Source: Paraphysomonas bandaiensis (taxonomy: Eukaryota; Protista; Chrysophyceae). From it: a stretch of 64,000 nt of DNA. Location of the stretch: positions 1 through 64,000 of the forward strand of contig CBFFRP010000138.1 of the NCBI GenBank assembly GCA_965644295.1, read 5' to 3'. The notes under the pieces are model-generated. The model was not told the origin of the DNA. It did no database searches and worked only from the letters and a program-made list of their open reading frames with translations. Each line of letters starts with the position of its first letter. Positions within the stretch are counted from its first letter, which is position 1. This document shows, piece by piece, positions 47,364-61,837 of this stretch. The translations under genes were made by a program, and so were the position numbers.

Positions 47364-47720
47364 CTACACTGCACTGGTTGCCTCTGGCTCTTTTGGCGTC
47401 TTCAACATCATCTTCTCATTCGCAGATCCACAGAGTAAAGGGGAAATATAGATAGCAGCTGTCCAGAAGAAAACCATAGCGAGAATGTAGAAAAATGAAG
47501 CGAATCCAAATCCCGCACTGAACGCCTCGTATACATCTTCCGACTCACTTGAGTTACTCTTATCTGCCATAGTATCGTTAAACGATGATTGTCCTCCAGC
47601 TGTAGTGCAGAATCCAAGAGACATGAGCCCTAATGCACCGCATACAATAGAGAGAACGAGTTTAACTTTGGATCGTTCATAGAAATCACGTGACTTAATA
47701 GTGAGACTGTCCGCACTCAT
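47364..47720 (-). CDS. Small two-TM membrane protein, intronless; paralog of 10980-11443
   Basis: MSADSLTIKSRDFYERSKVKL...GFGFASF...ISPLLCGSANEK aligns along its length with the paralog. Confidence 0.7.
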   Translation of the reverse strand: MSADSLTIKSRDFYERSKVKLVLSIVCGALGLMSLGFCTTAGGQSSFNDTMADKSNSSESEDVYEAFSAGFGFASFFYILAMVFFWTAAIYISPLLCGSANEKMMLKTPKEPEATSAV

Positions 47721-48217
47721 GTTTACTCCGAATAATTGCAATTTACGTAAAAATATATCTGTTAAATGCAATGGGAGTTATACTATTAGTCAGACAAGTG
47801 CCTAGTATTCACTGTCTGCTGTGGTGATATATATGTATATGTATGTATATACGCATAGTGTATGTATGCATGATCCCTATGGAGTAATACGTAGATTGCT
47901 GTACGACTATTTTCATACTTTCATATATATGATGATATGCTGCTGTATGCAAGTGAATCATTCTATATCTTACAGAGAATATCTTCTACAGACAGACGCT
48001 GAAAAAAATCAAGCTCTAAACCATGTTTCAGAAGCAATTAAAGAACCCATAAAATCCTTGATATTCTCAAAATAGACTATAATTGTGCGAAAACTATGGG
48101 TTTTTCTCATCCAGGTTTTGTATAGCCGCAGAAAATACTTCCTTCGTGCTTTACAAGCCGCAGTTCTGATAGGCATACCACAACAAGAATTGCTTCCATC
48201 TAGTTACTTATCCAGAA

Positions 48218-49804
48218 ATGTCCTCAGCACAGAGTGTAGAAACCACAAGACGGGTGTGTATAGTAGGCGCTGGGGTATGTGGCCTATCCGTTGCATGGCA
48301 TATCAAGCGCTTGTTAGGAGAGGCTGTGAGTGTGGTCATCATATCGGATAAGTTTTTAAACCAAACCACTAGTTTTGTAGCGGGTAATGATAAACATGCA
48401 TTGTATGGAAATCGAGGGGAGTGTGTGGTTGCACGGCATGATATGCATACGCTACTCTATGAGTTATGTATATTACCGTATAAGTGGATGTGTATCGTGC
48501 ATGATATTTTCTTATCATCACACAGGTGGGCTATGGGAACCTCATCAAGTTAGCAACACTCCTCAAGATCAGATTCTGAAGTGGAGTAAATATACGTATG
48601 AGCTATATAAAGACCTCTACACATCTGTGCATGCTTCAGATGCTGGCATACAACAGCTGTATGTTCACAACTTATTCTCCAGAGAGAGTGTAAGTATTCC
48701 TGGAATTATATCAATGAATTCTCAAACATGAAACATTGTGTATATTGTGGTATTGTGTTTATATGTCTCTAACAACTGTAACAGGAAGATCCGTACTGGA
48801 AGGATGTTCCGTCCTTCTACAGACGACTGCAACGAGACGATCTCATTGGTATGGGTATCTGTCAAAAATATGTCAGTGGATTTATGTTCCTGTCCTATGT
48901 GGCTGAGCCAAGGTGACGTAGGTCTGTGCCTGTATGAATGTTATTCACGTGTTTTTGCTGTGAGACAGATACTTTTTACATTGGATGGAGAACCAGTTGA
49001 AACGGGATGGTGTAGAGTTTAAGCAACAGAAACTGACCCCTGATGATGTCAAGAGTCTTGTATCTTCGGATACTTTTGATGCAGTTGTCATGTGCACTGG
49101 TCTGGGTTCCATGGAACTACTTGATGATAAAGAAATGTATCCAATTCGAGGACAGGTATACTGGCTTCTATACACCCACCAATTAAATTTAACGCTTCCA
49201 TTCATCCAGGTGTTAAAAGTCAAAGCCCCGTGGATGAAATCCTCGTGGACATTCGATGATATTTATTACCTAATTCCCAACAAGGATCTATTAGTGGTCG
49301 GTGGAACGGAAGATGAACATCAGTGGGGTACTACAGCTATGCTCCAAGATTCGGAGAATATTGTGAATGGTGTATGTGAAGCCTTTCCAGCTTTAAGAGA
49401 TGCGTATGTGGTACGTATATGTAGTAGGAGTGATATACATGTTGTTATCAACATGCGTAGATTCTGTATTTATCTACCGTGTTTTTGTCGTACATAGCTT
49501 ATCACATAGCTTGTTGTATTAATGAGATTATGAATAGGAACATACAATGGTAGGACTCAGGCCATGTAGGTCTTCAGTACGCCTAGAGAGTACGACCTGT
49601 ACACCCGATTCATCTGCTGCTATATCTAGTGGCATGACGGATCTCAATATATCTGGTGATTCGAAAATCGTCCTATCATCTGCAAAGCGCCCGCTTGTCG
49701 TGTACTGTTACGGCGTTGGAGGGTGTGGCTTCACTATTGGTCCTGGACTTGCCCATGATGCTGTTGAAAACCACATCAAGCCACATTTGTATCCGGAAGC
49801 GTAA
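48218..49804 (+). CDS. DAO: D-amino acid / D-aspartate oxidase (FAD), multi-exon
   Basis: VCIVGAGVCGLS, TTSFVAGGLW, CTGLGS, YPIRGQV, VVGGT, VGLRP, CYGVGGCG. Confidence 0.9.
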
Positions 49805-50507
49805 AGCGGTCCCGGTATTCTCTAAGAAGGTGTTATTATGTATAGTATCGAGTATAAACAACTGGATGGTTATGTTTCACGAATTGACTGCATTAAAATT
49901 TACAACAGCCCTCACACCACACCGTAGTTGTGGTACTCAGTATATATATACATAATTGCAATGACCCTTTCGCTAATACAGTATATGATATATGAATAAT
50001 AATAATAAGTATTGCTAACTTACTATTTATCTATGTGGGCTAGTATGAGTGTTCTGAAACGTAAAAGTGGTGTTCTACTTAAAATATTCTACCCCGATAA
50101 TTACTGCAATTTCATATTTCAATTTAGAAGTCAGTGTACCCACTCCTGTCCAGCTATACACTCTCATGTATGTGTTCTCTGCCGCTGGCTAAGACAGCAA
50201 AAGAGTCGATTTCGACGCTTCTTCACAGTAGGCCTTAACCTTTTGCAAGACCTTCATCCGCATACCTCCGAGCCACTTGGCTGGCACAATGCCTAAGGGA
50301 AGGCCATCAGATCACAAATCACAGAAGGGTACTGTACTGCTTCTCCTGATGGCCATAAGGCAGTCCCCGATGCAAATTGCACAAAATGTATGTGTAGTCT
50401 GAAGCGTTCCAGTGTGGTAGTAGTAGACTTAGATCACTGCTTTCACTTGTCATTCTGTACGTTGTACAACGTCGTCCCCTATATACACATCTACCATATA
50501 GCGAGAA

Positions 50508-50694
50508 TGGTTGCACTTTGGTGCTTGCGGCGACGCACAAGCAGTTCTCGTAGCGTTAAATAGTAGGGTAATAGAGTTTGTACTGATTAGTTACAGGTAG
50601 AGGTCTAACTAGTTTGTCTAGCATTCATCTCTAGCTACAAAGTTGGTGCAGATTCTTAACACCTATTGCTAATAATAAGGCTTTCAATATATAG
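50508..50694 (+). mobile_element. 5'-truncated retroposon tail copy
   Basis: Similar to 7890-8070; TA tail followed by GGGTTTAAAA. Confidence 0.75.
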
Positions 50695-51218
50695 GGTTTA
50701 AAAACATATATGTACAGTGCTTATTCTTTGATTCAGAACTTTTTATCGAACACGACAGAACAATGACAAACCAAGGATCTGTTTCTGTGTGAGTAGTCAT
50801 GAGTCAAGAATACGGGGTGAGTTCACCTTCAAAACTCAAATTCCTGAAGCCACCAGTATCAGAGGGCTGCGTAACAATTAATCGTAATTATAATTGCCAA
50901 TTATTGTCTAATTAATTATTTACTCATGACAAGCAAGAATAGAACCTTCTACTGTACTTGCATGCCAGTATTGACTATTGACTATTGACTATTGACTAGT
51001 GATGCTTTTATCGCTTAGATCGTTGAAGAAAAGTCAACAGAGAACAGAAAAGATAGATTATAATTATTGTACATAATTATTGGTAGCTGAGACATCATGA
51101 GTTTGGCGAATGACAATAAATGATAATTTCTTTAATTGAGTATTGAGTATATTCTGCGCTCAATTAATTAAGTCTTTATCATCCTAATATGTCGAAAATT
51201 GACAAAAACAGATGCATG

Positions 51219-51360
51219 CTGGTGCTTGTGGCGCACGAATAGTTCTCGTAGCGCCACATAGTAAAACATTAGCAATCGTGTTTGTAGGCTTTTCTTTATT
51301 AGTACTCCCGTGCTCTACAAGTCTACTGCTAATAAGCTAATAATAAGCCATTCAATATAT
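51219..51360 (+). mobile_element. Diverged retroposon tail copy
   Basis: TGGTGCTTG...CTCGTAGCG...GCTAATAATAAGCCATTCAATATAT. Confidence 0.55.
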
Positions 51361-51597
51361 TCATGGGTATGCCCCGTCACCACAACATTGGTGGAGTTAT
51401 GATTAATGATAATGATAGCAGCATCAACTACATATTTTATTAAGACGCTGTGAGCACTAAAATAGATATTAACAATATTCTTTTCTCATAAAGAAGGAAT
51501 ATTTTCGATGTAAACTCTAATATAAATATTGAAACATCTGTACATAGTACATAATACATAGACAAACAAACTTTTCTTGAATATGTCCACATTACAA

Positions 51598-54189
51598 TTA
51601 AGCTTCCATCAGCAACTCCCTGACATCACTGTTTATACCGCTAGCTGAGTATCTGTCGCTCTCCTCGAGACAAACCATACACTGGACCACTTTCCGGAAG
51701 GCGCTTCATATAAACAAAACACAATAAGTACAAAGCATACATATGTTATGCATCTATGACATTGCACCAAGACGAAATGTGATATTAATGATATGATTTA
51801 CCTCGAGACAGTAGATAAAACACTGTGAAACGTTCGCTTGGCTACACCGGATTTGATCTGCAATATACAAGTATTACAGAGCAGAAGGCTTTGAGCCATG
51901 ATATGCAGTATAGTCATCGAAATTAACAGACAAGTTGCTTTTATATTACGCACTTCAAGATTCCGGTCCAAAAAGTAAGTTGCCATTCCCGCAGGCAATT
52001 GATGGTCCGGAAAAAGAGATAAAATACTGTCGAGTACTTCTTGTTCTGTTTCACCCTGAAATAAGGCATCCCCAGTAACAAACTCTGAAATAGTGCAACC
52101 CAACGACCATATATCAGCGGGAAATGAGTAGTCAGTAGAACATCCAAGAGTCTCAGGAGCTCGATACCTAGAAACAATGCTGAGTCACGATAAAATATTC
52201 CATACTACTTGCTACTGTACTGCGTAAAACGTCAAGATGTGCACGGGAAATAAACTTAATATCAAACCCACATATACTAAAAAGTAGTCATACCATCTGG
52301 ACCCCACATAATGGGTGAGATCGCCCTCGTCATCATAGTCCATAGAAAAACTGGTTTCCCCCAATTTACTAGGTAGCTTTACTGCAGACCCCAGATCACA
52401 TATTTTAGCTGTAATACCATGAACGGTACGGTTAACGAGTACATTTTCCGGCTTTATGTCTCTGTGAATCTGCAATACTTAGGTCAAGAACAGAGTGTAT
52501 TATTGATATGCACATAGGCAATACGTAAGAATATAAAATAAATCATAATCAATATTCACTGTAACTTACTATATGTTTGCTGTGCATATAAGCCAAAGCC
52601 CCAGAGAGTTGCTCTAAAACACTAATGGCTGTCACTTCAATTGGAGTTCGGCATCCATACGGGGCAGATGACGTTCGATCTACTTGTATCTGTACAAATT
52701 TGATCAACAATAGTGGTCTCATGAACTGACAAATATACACCGCGCACTATAAATGCCAAATACTCACATCAAGCAAAGTACAAGACATCTTTTCTGTTAC
52801 TATGTATGGTACTCCTTCTCTAATAATGCCTTCTTCTAGAGAGATGATTCCATCATGACTCAAATTCTTCAGATGGCTTAGTTCCCTATGATAGCACTTT
52901 TTGGTGTACGCAGCTTCTTCGTCAAGTGTCAACATAGAATTTATGTTTAAGTCGAAAACCTTCACTGCAAACCGTACTCCATCTTGACGCTCGCAATCAT
53001 ACACCTAAGTGCACATAAAAAACACAAACATTACCGGCCTATGCGTACGAACGAACGCTCACAGAGTGGTCTATCTAACCTACCATAGAGAGCACAACAG
53101 GAAGAAATATATATCTAATACAACACACATGACCTATATTACTGTACACCTCACTCACCTTTGCATATGCCCCAGCACCCAAAATTTTCCCTCTCCTATA
53201 GAGTTTGCGACCTCTAAAAATAACATTCTGGTTCTCCTTCTCATGTTTACGGAGCAATATACTGGTAGGATTCAAACGCTCGTCATGACCAGAATCATCT
53301 TCTCTCATATTACTTTTATAGACATCTGTCACACCTATACACACGCATCATTATAACAATACTCCATACAGCATTAGCTCTACCTCTTCGCCTGATATGC
53401 CCCATTCGTACGCTCTCTCTAGGCATCTCACTCTCCTCAGAATGAACGCTTTGCTGACAGCTCGCAGCAGCTTCTTCTTCTAAAATGATTTGTGCCTTCC
53501 TATAATTAAAAAAAATCACCCTACAAATCAATTAACAATTTCATATTCACGTGGCAATGGTAACATCACATAACGAAGAAATACAGGACACATTGAAATA
53601 TACCGTCGGGCACAGGCGTCAAGTACAACCAGCGTTGCGGCAGTACTGGCCCGTTTAAATGACGCATCTCCTAATCCCCGAGTGGCAAAAAATGGATCAC
53701 TACAAAGGCAATATGTGAGTGGGCATATAACTTAAAGGAATTCCACACAATACAGCATACAGAGAATGAACAGTAAGACAGTGCTATGTATATAAATGTA
53801 ACATTCAATACAGTACAACGAGAGTCAATTCCACACCTAACGGCAAATCCTCCATGCTGCTTCATACTAGCAGGAAGATTCTCCGCAATAAAATCCAAAT
53901 CAGTCATCATTTTAACTAAGTATTCCTGACCCTCCCACATGAATGGTTTAGGGCATCCATCATCATCATCAGACTGAGCGAGAGTCCATGCTGCAATTTT
54001 CTGCACACATCTAATCCCATGTTCCCTTAATTCCTTTGCGAGGTTTACTAATTCACGTGCAGTGACTCCATTTAATTGTGGCTTTAAACCAGTCGTCATA
54101 TTAACCACTCGATGGGCTCTATTGATAAGCTGTTCTCGGAAGTGTATTGCCGAGGCAATATCTTCTTCAGAAACATCTGAAAGATTCAT
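51598..54189 (-). CDS. Ser/Thr protein kinase (CMGC-like) with N-terminal helical domain, multi-exon
   Basis: LGAGAYAKV, FAVKV, HRDIKPEN, ICDLGSA, YVGSRWY, DIWSLGC...LFQGETE. Confidence 0.8.
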
Positions 54190-54236
54190 CTTTAATGGTG
54201 TTATAGCTAAGTCTATCGGTTAAGATAAACCGACCC

Positions 54237-54322
54237 TATGTGTCTATATGTATGTATGTGTGTATATGTATGTATGTGTGTATATGTATGTATGTGTCTA
54301 TATGTATATGTATGTATGTATA
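54237..54322. repeat. (TATG/TG) compound microsatellite
   Basis: TATATGTATGTATGTGTG-type units upstream of the kinase. Confidence 0.85.
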
Positions 54323-56124
54323 TTGCATATGAATCTGTCGCATGTATATACACACTGCTACTGTGTATAGAGACAAGCGGTTACAATGAATACAGTGCTG
54401 TAGAATAGAAAAGCATTGTCTACCAATGAAATTATGGATAGTGTTTATGATTGGTTCATTTGATTCTCTGAATATGGATTAGTACGCTGTTGGATAGCAG
54501 GATATGGAGACATGGTAGGATGGGGCAGTCGCCAATTATAGAGCACTAAACACTCTTTGCATAACATAACTGACACATCATCATCTCATCGTATACAATC
54601 TTCTCTGGATGTTCACATCTTACGAGGTTTGGGATGGTTAACATGGTCCTTAAAAGGTGTCCTCAAACGATTAGTATGGCAGAGTATAATCAAGCCTATG
54701 CTTAAAACTCAAGCAGAAAATTCAAGCACAACGAATTTATAATATTATTTTTAAAATTTAATGTGTGAATATTTACTGTGTATGTTAGAACTTATCGTCA
54801 ATATATTTCGCACAGTCTTCTTCCTTTTCCTATGTAGCATACTCTTATAAACTTCATAATAGTATATATTAATAAATGGAAAGTGCTTTCATAGATATAC
54901 CTTATTATAAAATTTTTGTGTCTTAACAAAATAATATTGTAGCCTTTGTAGAGTCAGAAAGGAATCAGTAAACCGGTAGAATATACTGTCAAGGTATTAC
55001 AATACATTGCCTATATCTTAGGAAGGGCAAGGTTGTTATCAGTGGTATTAGAGCAGCTCTATCATCAATGAATTTTCTTATACTTGCAAAATATGCTGTT
55101 CCTTCGATTCAACAAGCACTTGTGAACCGCTAAGACAGTGCAACAGGTTATCCATGATAAGCCATCCGATTATGACGAGAATGAGGACGACAGTGAGGAA
55201 GAGTTAGAATATTTAATATTTAGAGTACCAGTTGTTGAGTTTTCATTATCATGTTGTAGCCTCTACTAACTAGTGACTACCGATCGAGGTAGCGCCCACT
55301 ACATTTATTATTACTTCGTTTGCTGGCAATATATTATTACCCAGCTCTGCTTGCTGTTATGTCTGTAATGAGTAGCTATAACCTACATCCCACAATTAAT
55401 AGTGATCAGTCATTTCAATCATACAGACTAAGCAGCATACCATATCCCCCTGTTCTCAAAGCAGGCAAAACATCAGCATGTAGTTAACATTAATAAATTA
55501 TTTAAAACAGAGACCTTAGATAACGAAGTAAACTACAGTTCACATCGACTTGTGCCCTACATTAGCGACAATCCGAAGAGCACAACCGGATGAATCAATA
55601 GATGGTATGAAAAATCAACCGCAGTGGACCGTTTCTCAAAGCCAATAAGAGAAAAGACATGGCCCCAAAACTGAGGAAGATTTGAACCAGTTGGTCGGTA
55701 CGCTTAGAATTGAATATATCAGTAAGCAACGTCGAGATCAGACGTGTTAGGTAAACAAGCATCATATATATGTTTTCAGTGCATGAGGTGACAGGATTTA
55801 GTCGATCTTTGAGCTGGCCTATAATTAGAGACAGCACACGAAAAAACACAACATATCCTCAGCTGATGTGACAATACACATAAAGATTAACTACAAGGAT
55901 GAATACGCAGAGGGGAATAATGGATACATATGCCAACAATACATGGAGGAAATGTCTCCATGTGACGAGCGACTACTGTTGTGTTCAGCAAAGAACATCA
56001 CAACGTCAGTGTGAAGATAAGTCAGGGAACGGCAGATGATTAAGTGAGAAAGAGGTAAGAAGATAGATTAGCAAACATAGATAATGTGTGAGTGGCATAG
56101 ACGAGGTTGACAGCAAAGTCTTGT

Positions 56125-57388
56125 CTACAGTGACGGGAGTCGTAGGTGCGCCACCTGAAGGAATCTGTCCTTCGAGTATTTCTTATACACTGCGGGCACA
56201 TACTTCGGATCTAGGGATAGACCGTCAGGAACATAAGGAATAATACTCCCTGCAACCGTTCGGGCGCAATGCATTGATACTCCGGATATGGGTTGCCATA
56301 CGCTGGCCCACGCATCACGAGCAGTGTTCTTGAAAACACGGGGTGAATCATCCGGGACAACAACAGGTGACCACCCGACATTACCAGCTACACGAAGGCC
56401 AATGGTACCAGGGGTTGGACTGTACGGTCTGGCCACAGACGTTGGGGTAACAGCCTGGGTAACAGGATACAGATGTTGTTCGCGGCAAGACAGCGCCGCA
56501 AAAATTGCTCCAGCAGCCAAGGCACTAGGCAGTTGGTTAGAGCATCGATACTGAACAAGGGAGCTCTCCAGATAATACATTGATAACAGTCGCAGCGCTG
56601 CTTCAATGGGCTCTCCAGTTGCTTTCGAATAAGCTTCTAGATAGTTACTCAAAAAATGGAAAGCAGTGGGGAGCGAAAGATTATACTGAAGTGACTCAAC
56701 AATAAGTTGCTCCATCTTCACCACATCAGATCCGCGGTAGCTTCCATAACTCAAACAAATAACATGCTCCACCCGCAATCGGCTGTGCTCTTGCTCATCT
56801 AACTTAGTGGCTACCATCAATGCGGTCGTACCAATTAGAAACAAGATATCCTCGTGGCATCTTGGGTACTGACAGAGAAAATTGTCAATGTAGGACACAG
56901 TCAAGAATATGGACAGGGATTGGAAATGAAAATTAGAGTGAATATCCACCATTTTGTTCACCAAGCTATTACGCAGCCCCAAGAGATGCTGTGGTAACTC
57001 AACAGGTCTCCAAACATTAGTTTCTAAGTGTCGAAGACTTTGAAGAGCTTGATTAAAAGGGAAGGATAGAGACTCAGCAATGATATCCTGTGAACCCGAC
57101 GATTCAGAGGAAATAGAGCACTTCTCCATCGCTTGCGATTCCAAATCGATCGACGGTGAAGGCGTATTCTTTATATGAGATCGATCGGTATGAGGTGTAC
57201 CCGATGATCCGCTATTCCCCCCCTCACATGAGGGAAGTGATAAGGTGTCACTTTGACTATTCGATTCAACTGTTACGAATGACTGTGTTGAGAGTTTCTA
57301 AATTATATGGAATTATAATCATCAGTCCTCAAGAAGATAGTGATACCTGTCGTTTAATAGGAGGATTATCAGAAGATATATCTGCCAT
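56125..57388 (-). CDS. Cyclin (A/B-type cyclin box); probable short 5' exon(s) from ATG at 57388
   Basis: LRNSLVNKM...SIFLTVSYIDNFL...LIGTTALMVATKLDE...MEQLIVESLQYNLSLPTAFHFL; PSALAAGA; AVYKKYS. Confidence 0.9.
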
Positions 57389-57602
57389 TGGATGAGGGGT
57401 ATCCTTCAATAACCCCTTTAAACCTCCCTCTCGGTTCCTCTATATGCTCTCTGGTGAGAGGAGATAATATACTTATGTTTTATTAATATACACTCTATAA
57501 GATCTATGACGATAATAACTTATGAAAGAGTGCGTATGAATATGATGTGCACGTTTGGGTCGCAGGATCCCCCATTTGCATCAACCACTTCCTCCCTTAG
57601 CT

Positions 57603-57790
57603 ATCTTGAAAGGACATATAAAGATACAGAATTCAGTTTTGAATTGTGAAATCTTCAAAGGACATTGAGAGTTTTCAGGCAACATGACGTACGTGAGAGG
57701 GTGGATAGCGATCTTGAAAGGGCACAAAGTTTACTAGGTTCAATCTTGGGACATATTCAATTGGAAGTTGAAATCTTCAAGGGACATTTC
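57603..57790. repeat. Degenerate repeat cluster ATCTT(G/C)AA(A/G)GGACAT between cyclin and TPR-DnaJ genes
   Basis: Five motif copies near 57603, 57651, 57711, 57743 (shortened) and 57773. Confidence 0.6.
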
Positions 57791-58021
57791 AGTATTCTCT
57801 GAATGGGTATACGATCTTCTTGGGTCAGAGCAGTTTTCAGTTTTTTTCATATGGGTTTAAGGCTTATGGGTACAGCACATATCTTGATATGCATGTATGT
57901 GTCACTCTCACTCATAATTGAAGATTACAAGAAGCAAACAGAGTTATCTTCTTATTTTCTATTAATACTGTATTAAAGTTTGTATTTTTCTTATTCGGTT
58001 ATTAATTTTCTATCGATAGAT

Positions 58022-61000
58022 ATGCTGTCCAACAACAACATGCTCACAACAGGCGGGAATCGTCAAAGATACCGTCAAAGTGTACGTGTAAGCGAACCAG
58101 CTTTTGGTTTTTTCATTGCAGGGTCTAGTATTGATGCAATGAATGGTGTGTATGTACGGCGTAATCCTCCTAGAGCAGCAAACCCTAAGCCTGTGCTGTA
58201 TTATGAGCACGAGGAGGGTCTATGGCACCTGTGTCTAAACGAGATTACTAACACTGAATCGAACGAAAAAGAGGAGAATGACGATGACTATTTTGATTAC
58301 TACGACTATAAAAAGAAACCCACTCATGAATGGATGTTTTCAGATGAATTTGGAGTTAACCGATTTACTCATGACGGTGATACGATTGTTCCCGGAGCGG
58401 GTGTCAGATGGAAGCATGTCCATGATACTTCGACCTCTGCTACGGTCTCTAATATAGAGGAAGACAGTACTGCTGTAGCTGAAATCAAGGAAGATGACGA
58501 AGATGAACTACCGTGGCAGGTTGTAGCCATTCTTGACATAGAAACAGTTCAGGATCTCTTGTGGAGCTCGGAGCATCGCAAACAGAAAGTACGGGATGCA
58601 AAGGCAGGAAAAAATGCACCACCCCTGAAGCGGGCATCATTGGAGGCCTCTTCAGCACCTGGAAAGTGGCTTTTTCGCGTTGTATCCCCAGAAGGGGTAT
58701 CTTTGCATCTTGAGCCAGATGAAAGCAGTGTCGAAGCTGGTCATGTTGCAAACGGCGAGTATGTTAAGGGAATCGAGCTGACTTCTAATGGTGAATGGCT
58801 TAAATTACATAAATCAGAAGATGTATCCCGGTCTAGACATAGAACTCGTTATACCTACGATTCTGATGATGAAAGACACCTCGATGAAGGCTATAGCTTC
58901 TATAATACCCATTACTCTCAGCGTCATGTTTGGGTCAAAGTCTATGACAAAGCTTGGGAGAACGACAGTGTGGTTATGCTCTTAGAGGAGATATCTGCTG
59001 AAAACACACCAATATTGAATATAGAAACTGTTCATACAACCCCGGCTAGTGGTGTATTAGAGTCGAAAAATATTCCCAATGCAGAGGAAAGTGCGATGTA
59101 TTCCGATGAGTATTTTGATCAACCGTTTGTACCGCGCATGGAAGATGTGGACGGGGTATCTAACAACTTGGATATTCCCTCAGAAGCAGAATGCAAAGTG
59201 TCTGCACAGGACAAAGTATCATCAGTTTCAGTCCCCGTTGGGGCAGCTGTGGAGATATCTGGGCTTGTCAGTCGACAGGGCATGCAATATAATGGAACTA
59301 ATGGGGTAGTTATTCAAGAAGCAGATGATACTGGTAGAGTCGGCGTCAGACTAGATGCTCCATTCAGGTCAGTGCCAACTATGAGATCTATGTTGCCTCT
59401 GGGTATAGTGTTGTATCAATATGATTTATGTGTGCTTCAATCGGTATGTGTATGTAAAGCTATTTGTGTATTGTAGTGGGAAGATGCTGTCATGTAAACC
59501 AGAAAATCTAGTGTACCGTAAAAATGACAGCACAAAGAATTCTGAAGACGAAGTGTCTCGTTACTGCAGATTATTGGGGTTGTCTGTATCTCAATTGTCG
59601 AATGACTATACCTGTCAGTGGGGATATGCTGGGTCGAATCCTGTGTGCCGCATCAACACAGCTCTTCGAAGCTTTATAAGAGATGTTGGCCTGGATTCGC
59701 CTTCGATTAATACCGCTCGCGAAGCTGCAGACTCTCTTCGTGCTCATATTCGGTCCAAGCCATCCGATACTGCGAATACAGCTGTACCGCAAGGGTTATC
59801 ACCTGAGTATATGCTGAAGTATGGGGCTCTAGGCTGTCAGGTGGCATCAGCTTTCATAAGTGCCGTATCACCTGTCAGTGCTATCGAACGAACATCTGGC
59901 ATTGAGGCCTTACAACTGATTGTGAAGAACGAAACTAGGAGAAATGCTAGTGCGGTACAAAGTGTTATACAAAATGAGGGTGAAGACAGTCGCGGCAGCG
60001 ATGAATTACTTCTTCGAGTTGGATTGTCATGTGCATTACTACAATCTCGACGTGAAGCTGAGGCCTTGGAAGAAATGCGTATTGCTCACAAATGTATGAC
60101 GTGTCTTAGCCAAGTGACATCTGCCGTATGTGGAGGTGTAGAATGTATGTTAGGAAAGTGCCTGTTGCTACAAGGCCATCGTGAAGAAGGTCTCCGCGCC
60201 CTTGAAAAGGCGGAACAGATTCCGAGTCCAGATGTAGTAGACCCCGAAGATGATATGCTACTTCCTCTCTCTATATGGGGTAAGCAAGAAGCTTCCCATC
60301 TCTTGACATGCCACAATCTCTCAGAGAAATGCCGAAGAGCAGCACTGGATGCCTATGCACGCGGTGCCTTTAGAGATGCCACTAATTTGTATACCAGAGC
60401 TCTTGATGCTCTGAAGGGCTGCATGGAAGATAAGAAAGGCCGTGCTATGACATATGCGGACAAGGCAGGATGTCATAGACGCAACAGAGAATTCGACGAA
60501 GCCATTGCTGATTTGGACTCTGCATTACGACTGTTTCCGCGCTACAAGAGAGCTTTATTTAGGCGGGCCGCATGTTTATTGGAAGCAGGACAAGCAGAGA
60601 AAGCCATCGATGGTTTTAAGGATTTATATCGGGTAGATCGGGATTGGCCAATGCTTTCTGATTGGCTGGTAAGAGCATACTCGCTTCAGAAGCGTCAAGC
60701 AAAAGGGTATCATAAGAACGACGAGTTTTACGAAAACATACAGAGTTCCGGCGACAACAGTGCCACTATGGATGCAGATATTGTAGCCAAAGAGGTTGAT
60801 CACTACAGAGTTCTTGGAGTTAGTACAGATGCCACCGAGAAGCAGTTGAAGACAGCTTATAGACTTAGAAGTTTGAAGTTTCATCCAGATAGAAAGGAAG
60901 GCCATACTGCTGCGTTTCAGAGGATAGCAGAAGCGTACGAAGTGCTATCAGACGAAGAGAAGAGGCGGGCATACGATGAAGGAGGGGATATCAAGGTAAG

Positions 61001-61440
61001 ATACAGCATATGATAACAATGTAATGGTGTATTTATCACTCATGTGCAAGACTATTGTTACGACTATACTTTTTGTTCAACCTTTCGATGTGGGTAGGTT
61101 AAAAGGGGAAGGCGTGACGAAGACGACGACAGTGACGACTCTGCGGAAGAGCATAAGACAACCCTCCGGGAAGAAGTGGAAAGAGAATTTTATCCCGAGA
61201 AATACCACTTTTGGCCATTTGGTAGGTGCTGTATACGAATATGTATTCCAGAGCATGAGACACATTCCTGTGGTTTGTAGAATTGTGAATGAAAATATCT
61301 ACACATCATTTTATATTATTCCATGCACAAGTTAATGATTTAACGCTGTGTGTGCAGGTGACCCATTCGTCTATAAAAGGAAACGCGAGGCCCAGAAACG
61401 CGCGAAGAAAGGAAAGCCAGCTTGGTATGATGAGTACTAA
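58022..61440 (+). CDS. TPR + C-terminal DnaJ (DNAJC7-like) protein with long N-terminal extension, multi-exon
   Basis: TPRs (AIADLDSALRLFPRYKRALFRRA); J domain DHYRVLGV...LKFHPD...FQRIAEAYEVLSDEEKRRAYD. Confidence 0.88.
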
Positions 61441-61837
61441 ATGGTGTAATTTATCTGGAAATAGCCACGCTGCATTAGAAGAAAATATTAATGAAATAAC
61501 GCAGCTGTAGTTGTTTATAGATGGTATTAATCTTCAATTATATTGCGGAATACGTTTACACGTATAGTTAATACTGACTGTTTCATTTGCCTTGTGAGTT
61601 TAAAATGGATGCATAATCATTATTTTGATACAAAATAGTTCGACAAATACTTCGCATTTTTTCTTTTGCAAATTTTCATAATTTGCTTTGATTTCGTCGT
61701 GTATGATAACAGCTACTGAAGTTTTACATATATCTTCTACGAAGGAATTACAAGCATTGTTCGCTCAATGTGATGCTTTTATCCCGCGGAGATAAATAAA
61801 AAAAAAATAGGTGATATATAAATTAGTTTTTTCACAC

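Noticed and set aside
50864-50920. GGGCTGCGTAACAATTAAT, similar to the hAT TIR
   Set aside because: No matching opposite end or TSD found; probably a solo end, so not called as an element
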